A stretch of 32,000 nucleotides of DNA, from the NCBI RefSeq assembly GCF_036323395.1, contig NZ_AP028907.1, positions 1,860,001 through 1,892,000 on the forward strand, in the 5' to 3' direction. The notes under the pieces were generated by a model. That model searched no databases, had not been told where the DNA came from, and worked only from the letters and a program-made list of their open reading frames with translations. Origin of the DNA: Pyrodictium abyssi (GTDB taxonomy: Archaea; Thermoproteota; Thermoprotei_A; Sulfolobales; Pyrodictiaceae). Of the stretch, positions 29,100 to 32,000 are shown piece by piece. How positions within the stretch are numbered: the stretch's first letter is position 1; each line of letters begins with the position of its first letter. The position numbers were made by a program, and so were the translations under genes.

Positions 29100-31826
29100 T
29101 CACCCTACTACTGCTTCTTCACTAGCCTCTCGGTGGGCGTGTTCAACTGGAGCCTGGGGCGAAATAACACGGTCTATTGCCTCTATTATCTTCTTCTTGA
29201 GTTCCTCTATTCTTGCCCCGCCTTTCTCGGAGAGCGTCCTCAGCTTGTTCACTAGGCCTACCGCCTTGGAGAGATAATGGGCGGCGTCGGTGAGACTGGC
29301 TATACTGGATAGGTCTCTAGCGATGGCCTCCTCCGCCTTCTTGCGGAGATCACTAGGTAGTTCGCCAAGCCCGACTTCAAGGCCTTCGTAGACCCGGTAT
29401 ATGGCTGCAAGCTCCTCAGCAAGTTTTGGCACGACAGCTGTTATCTGTGAGACTGCTATGGCCGCTAGAGCCCCTGCAGACGGGCTGGTTTTTGCTATCC
29501 TCTCTGCCTCTGACATCACAGCCTTCATTTCTTCAGCTATCTTTGCTGCTTCTCCAAGGATTCCTACTCGGGGGATATGCTTGGCATAGGCTGCTAGTCT
29601 TTCCGTCAGCGAGGCAGCCTCAGCTAGGCTTGCCTCAGCCTGGTACTTTTCTAGGCCGAGCAGTACTGCTACTAGCCGCGCTACTCTAGGCCTGCCGGCT
29701 CCACTAGCTCCGCAAGATGGCGAGACGTTGGCAACTAGGGTGTACCCCTTCTCTTCTAGCGTCGTGTAGATCTCCTCGACGCTGCTGAAAGCCTTCGAGA
29801 TCGTCTTTGTTCTTGCAGCTCCTGCTTGCTCAACGCCAGCTATACCGGCGGTCTTCTCTGCAAGTAGACGTGCGCGCTGCTGCAGAGATGCTATTTCTGC
29901 TGCTATCTTCCTCGCTGGCTCGAGACCCGCTTCGCGTATTAGCGCGGCAACTGCGTAGCCTAGCTCACCGTACTCGCGTTCTACTACCTGGGCGCGTGCC
30001 TCTATACTGGATAGTTCCTGGATACTCCTGGATGCCAGCACCTCTATTACGAGGCTGCGTAGAAGATCCGCGTAGAGGTTCACCGTGCGCCTATCGTGCC
30101 CAGAGAGGTTCTCTGGCAGACACCCGGTCGTCGCCACGGAGAAGCCATAGAGCAGCGAGTATACGAAGAGGCTTAGTCTTGGCCCTGCCTCTATCACCAC
30201 GCTGCCAGTTATGTCGGCCACGGCTTCTAGCAGCTTTGGCACTTGCCTTTCCCGGCGCCCCGCGTCGGGTTCGAGTACGAGAATCGCTAGAGGCTCTCCG
30301 GATAGCATCTGGCACGCGAGCTCCTGGGCGTAGGACTGGAGGCTGCGTGCGGGAACCGCTGCTAGCTTTAGCCCGTGCTTTTCGAGCAGCTCATTGAGCC
30401 CTAGGAACTCTGAGAGCCTCGAACTGTACTCGGAGAACTCGCTCAGTGATAGGCTGTTTACCACCTCGACTACCTGGCCTGGTCCGGTCCTCCTGGCACA
30501 GCCTACGAGCGGCGAGCTGCTAGCCATCGGGTATAAGCGCGCCACTATACCGGGTCTTAGCGCTGCTACGGGCTCATCGAATCTCTCCAGGGGTGGGCTC
30601 AGGAGGTCAGGGTTTAGGGACTCGATTAGCTGGGCTGCGTGCGGGTCGTCGCCGTATATCTCACGGGCCACGTCTGCCGCTATAGCGAATAGCTCACGTA
30701 GAGCCTGGGGGTCGTATACGATGAGGCCGTCTCGGCTCCATGCTAGTGCTGTGTGCTCTAGTGCCGAGACTGCATGCTCTACGGAAGAAGCCTGGAACCC
30801 TTTAGCCCGCGCGTAGCGGGTCATCCAGGTCTCTGCTTCTGAGAGGAGGTCCTCTACGCGGACAGCAGTCCTAGAGTATACTACGGCTAGGCTGGCTTCG
30901 GGGAGGACCTCGTAGCCCAGCAGCTTGCCTAGAAGCGAGAGGGGGACCGGCCCCGGGAGGACTGCCAGTAGTGGTACCATCTTCTTGTCCTCTATGAGTC
31001 GGCGAGCCTCCCTGTACCCAGCCTTATCGAATAGCGGCACGCCTTCGACTATCTCACGGGCTAGGGCCTCCTCGCCGAGGAGCACTGTCTCGACATGCTC
31101 TGGCCCCTGTTTGAGAGCAGCAGCAAGCTTGCCGACAACAGTGTCTACGAGCATACGGGCCCAGGCTATACGGCCCTTAGATGCCCACCACACCATGTTG
31201 GCTAGAAGGCTGGATACCTCTGGGAACTCGCCTCCCAGGGCCTCCGAGACCATACGCTCTATCACGGGCTTGGGGAGCAGGGGGAGCGTGAATACACGAC
31301 TACGCCACGCCACTGGACCGAACACTGCTTCCTTCAGTGTCGAGGAGGGGCCGAAGGCGAGCACGACGTATACGCTTGTGCTACGCGTCCTTATAGCCTC
31401 GGCTACACCGCGGAACGGCGAGGTCTCGTACTCCACGATGCCGCGGAGTAGATCATAGCTCTCCTCCACCTCATCCACAAGGATCACTACGACGCCGCTA
31501 ACATTGCCGAGCTTCTCCCTGGCATACTCCTCTAGTATCTTCGGTAGCTCGGACTCGTGTATGCTGCCGTAGCGCTCAACTATGTACTCCACGATGTCGG
31601 CGAGCTCTACGCGGATCGCCTTAGCACCAATACTTTCGACAAACCGCTCCAGGTACCGCAGGAGAGTGGTCTTGCCCGAGCCGTAGGGGGCTACTACCAC
31701 CGGCATCCAGTACTCGGCAGCATTACCCTTCACGTAGCTAGTGATAAGCTCTTCTAGCTCCGTCCTTATCCGGCGATGCTCTTCGCTTAGATCACACCAC
31801 CCGGTCTCGAAGCAGCTGGCCTCCAA
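29100..31826 (-). CDS. large P-loop NTPase (908 aa) with about 700-aa helical C-terminal region, family unassigned
   Basis: The TTG start follows immediately after an in-frame TGA. Walker A is VVVAPYGSGKTTLL (about 31668-31700) and Walker B is VVVILVDEVEE (about 31462-31496). The rest is Ala/Leu/Glu/Arg-rich with no catalytic motif I can recognise. The antisense ORFs on the plus strand are Arg/Ser/Ala-rich artefacts. Confidence 0.75.
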   Translation of the reverse strand: MEASCFETGWCDLSEEHRRIRTELEELITSYVKGNAAEYWMPVVVAPYGSGKTTLLRYLERFVESIGAKAIRVELADIVEYIVERYGSIHESELPKILEEYAREKLGNVSGVVVILVDEVEESYDLLRGIVEYETSPFRGVAEAIRTRSTSVYVVLAFGPSSTLKEAVFGPVAWRSRVFTLPLLPKPVIERMVSEALGGEFPEVSSLLANMVWWASKGRIAWARMLVDTVVGKLAAALKQGPEHVETVLLGEEALAREIVEGVPLFDKAGYREARRLIEDKKMVPLLAVLPGPVPLSLLGKLLGYEVLPEASLAVVYSRTAVRVEDLLSEAETWMTRYARAKGFQASSVEHAVSALEHTALAWSRDGLIVYDPQALRELFAIAADVAREIYGDDPHAAQLIESLNPDLLSPPLERFDEPVAALRPGIVARLYPMASSSPLVGCARRTGPGQVVEVVNSLSLSEFSEYSSRLSEFLGLNELLEKHGLKLAAVPARSLQSYAQELACQMLSGEPLAILVLEPDAGRRERQVPKLLEAVADITGSVVIEAGPRLSLFVYSLLYGFSVATTGCLPENLSGHDRRTVNLYADLLRSLVIEVLASRSIQELSSIEARAQVVEREYGELGYAVAALIREAGLEPARKIAAEIASLQQRARLLAEKTAGIAGVEQAGAARTKTISKAFSSVEEIYTTLEEKGYTLVANVSPSCGASGAGRPRVARLVAVLLGLEKYQAEASLAEAASLTERLAAYAKHIPRVGILGEAAKIAEEMKAVMSEAERIAKTSPSAGALAAIAVSQITAVVPKLAEELAAIYRVYEGLEVGLGELPSDLRKKAEEAIARDLSSIASLTDAAHYLSKAVGLVNKLRTLSEKGGARIEELKKKIIEAIDRVISPQAPVEHAHREASEEAVVG

Positions 31827-32000
31827 TCAGAGAGTCCCCTTAGCGAGAAATACTCCTAACCGCCAAGCCGGAGTAGTAAAAACCCTCAGACCCATACACT
31901 CCATCCAACCGGGCGTGATGACCCCGCGCCTCCGGAGCCCAGATACGCAAGGCTCCACAGAAGGGGCTGTGAAGAGGGTCTTGAGTGCTGATTACCCCTA

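Noticed and set aside
29807-31458. Long plus-strand ORFs (196, 140 and 177 aa) antisense to the 908-aa NTPase gene. The same applies to other antisense ORFs: 17446-18123 (-), 11239-11781 (+), 7341-7733 (+), 4733-5134 (+), 2813-3151 (+) and 15334-15678 (-).
   Set aside because: They show the Arg/Ser/Ala/Pro-rich low-complexity composition typical of shadow ORFs opposite GC-rich genes. The partner strand in each case encodes a protein with clear motifs. None has a Shine-Dalgarno or TATA context.
1-32000. CRISPR arrays, cas genes, transposases, integrases, IS elements and rRNA genes.
   Set aside because: I scanned for regularly spaced direct repeats of 24-40 nt and for the corresponding protein motifs among the ORFs. 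None was found. The only clustered repeats are the motifs described at 26416-26651 and the TATACATA copies at 12591-12925.
31900-32000. A possible start of a divergent plus-strand gene (ATG 31918, open to the window edge).
   Set aside because: Only 27 codons are visible and no motif is present, so coding cannot be distinguished from chance before the window ends.

Overview
The window is an archaeal chromosomal segment, probably from a hyperthermophilic crenarchaeon (Desulfurococcales/Pyrodictiaceae- or Aeropyrum-like). This taxonomic placement is inference only. It rests on archaeal RNA polymerase subunits N and D, r-protein L18e, an archaeal-type PEP carboxylase, an intron-containing tRNA, frequent GTG/TTG starts and GGAGG/GGTGA Shine-Dalgarno-like elements. 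GC is roughly mid-50s% by eye.

Layout:
- 97-2600 (-): isoprenoid-linked genes, namely isopentenyl phosphate kinase, a divergent GHMP-like protein and a MEMO1/AmmeMemoRadiSam-B protein.
- 2797-7540 (-): the conserved cluster rps2, rpoN, rps9, rpl13, rpl18e, rpoD, rps11, rps4, rps13.
- Six tRNA genes, all with genomically encoded CCA: Phe-GAA, Gly-UCC, Leu-UAA, Leu-GAG, Ser-CGA (with a 35-nt intron) and Val-UAC.
- Between tRNA-Gly and tRNA-Leu: a solitary, AT-richer HerA/DUF87-type ATPase.
- Housekeeping metabolism: AMP phosphorylase, spermidine synthase, archaeal PEPC, homoserine kinase and a Cys/Met PLP enzyme.
- A wHTH regulator transcribed divergently from a secreted, membrane-anchored Lon-type (S16) protease.
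- A metal-uptake locus: binding protein, ABC-3 permease, NikR and a Cys-phosphatase on one strand, with the ABC ATPase and a DUF364-like protein on the other.
- A gene for an EMAP/Trbp111-domain RNA-binding protein with a small partner ORF.

The most unusual items are:
1. A translationally coupled pair at 27975-31826: a 908-aa P-loop NTPase with a long helical tail, plus a 372-aa all-helical protein. I cannot assign either to a family.
2. A GC-rich ORF-free stretch at about 26416-26651. It carries three exact AUGAGGAG motifs and one near copy (UGAUGAGG). Each exact copy is followed 12-13 nt later by a CNGA box, which is box C/D or K-turn-like periodicity. An 11-bp long-range helix closes part of it.
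3. A roughly 770-bp strongly A+C-skewed non-coding tract next to tRNA-Leu(GAG).
4. An rps13 whose conserved N-terminus has no canonical start codon.

I saw no CRISPR array, integrase, transposase or rRNA. All family assignments come from motif recognition by eye and need profile or structure searches.
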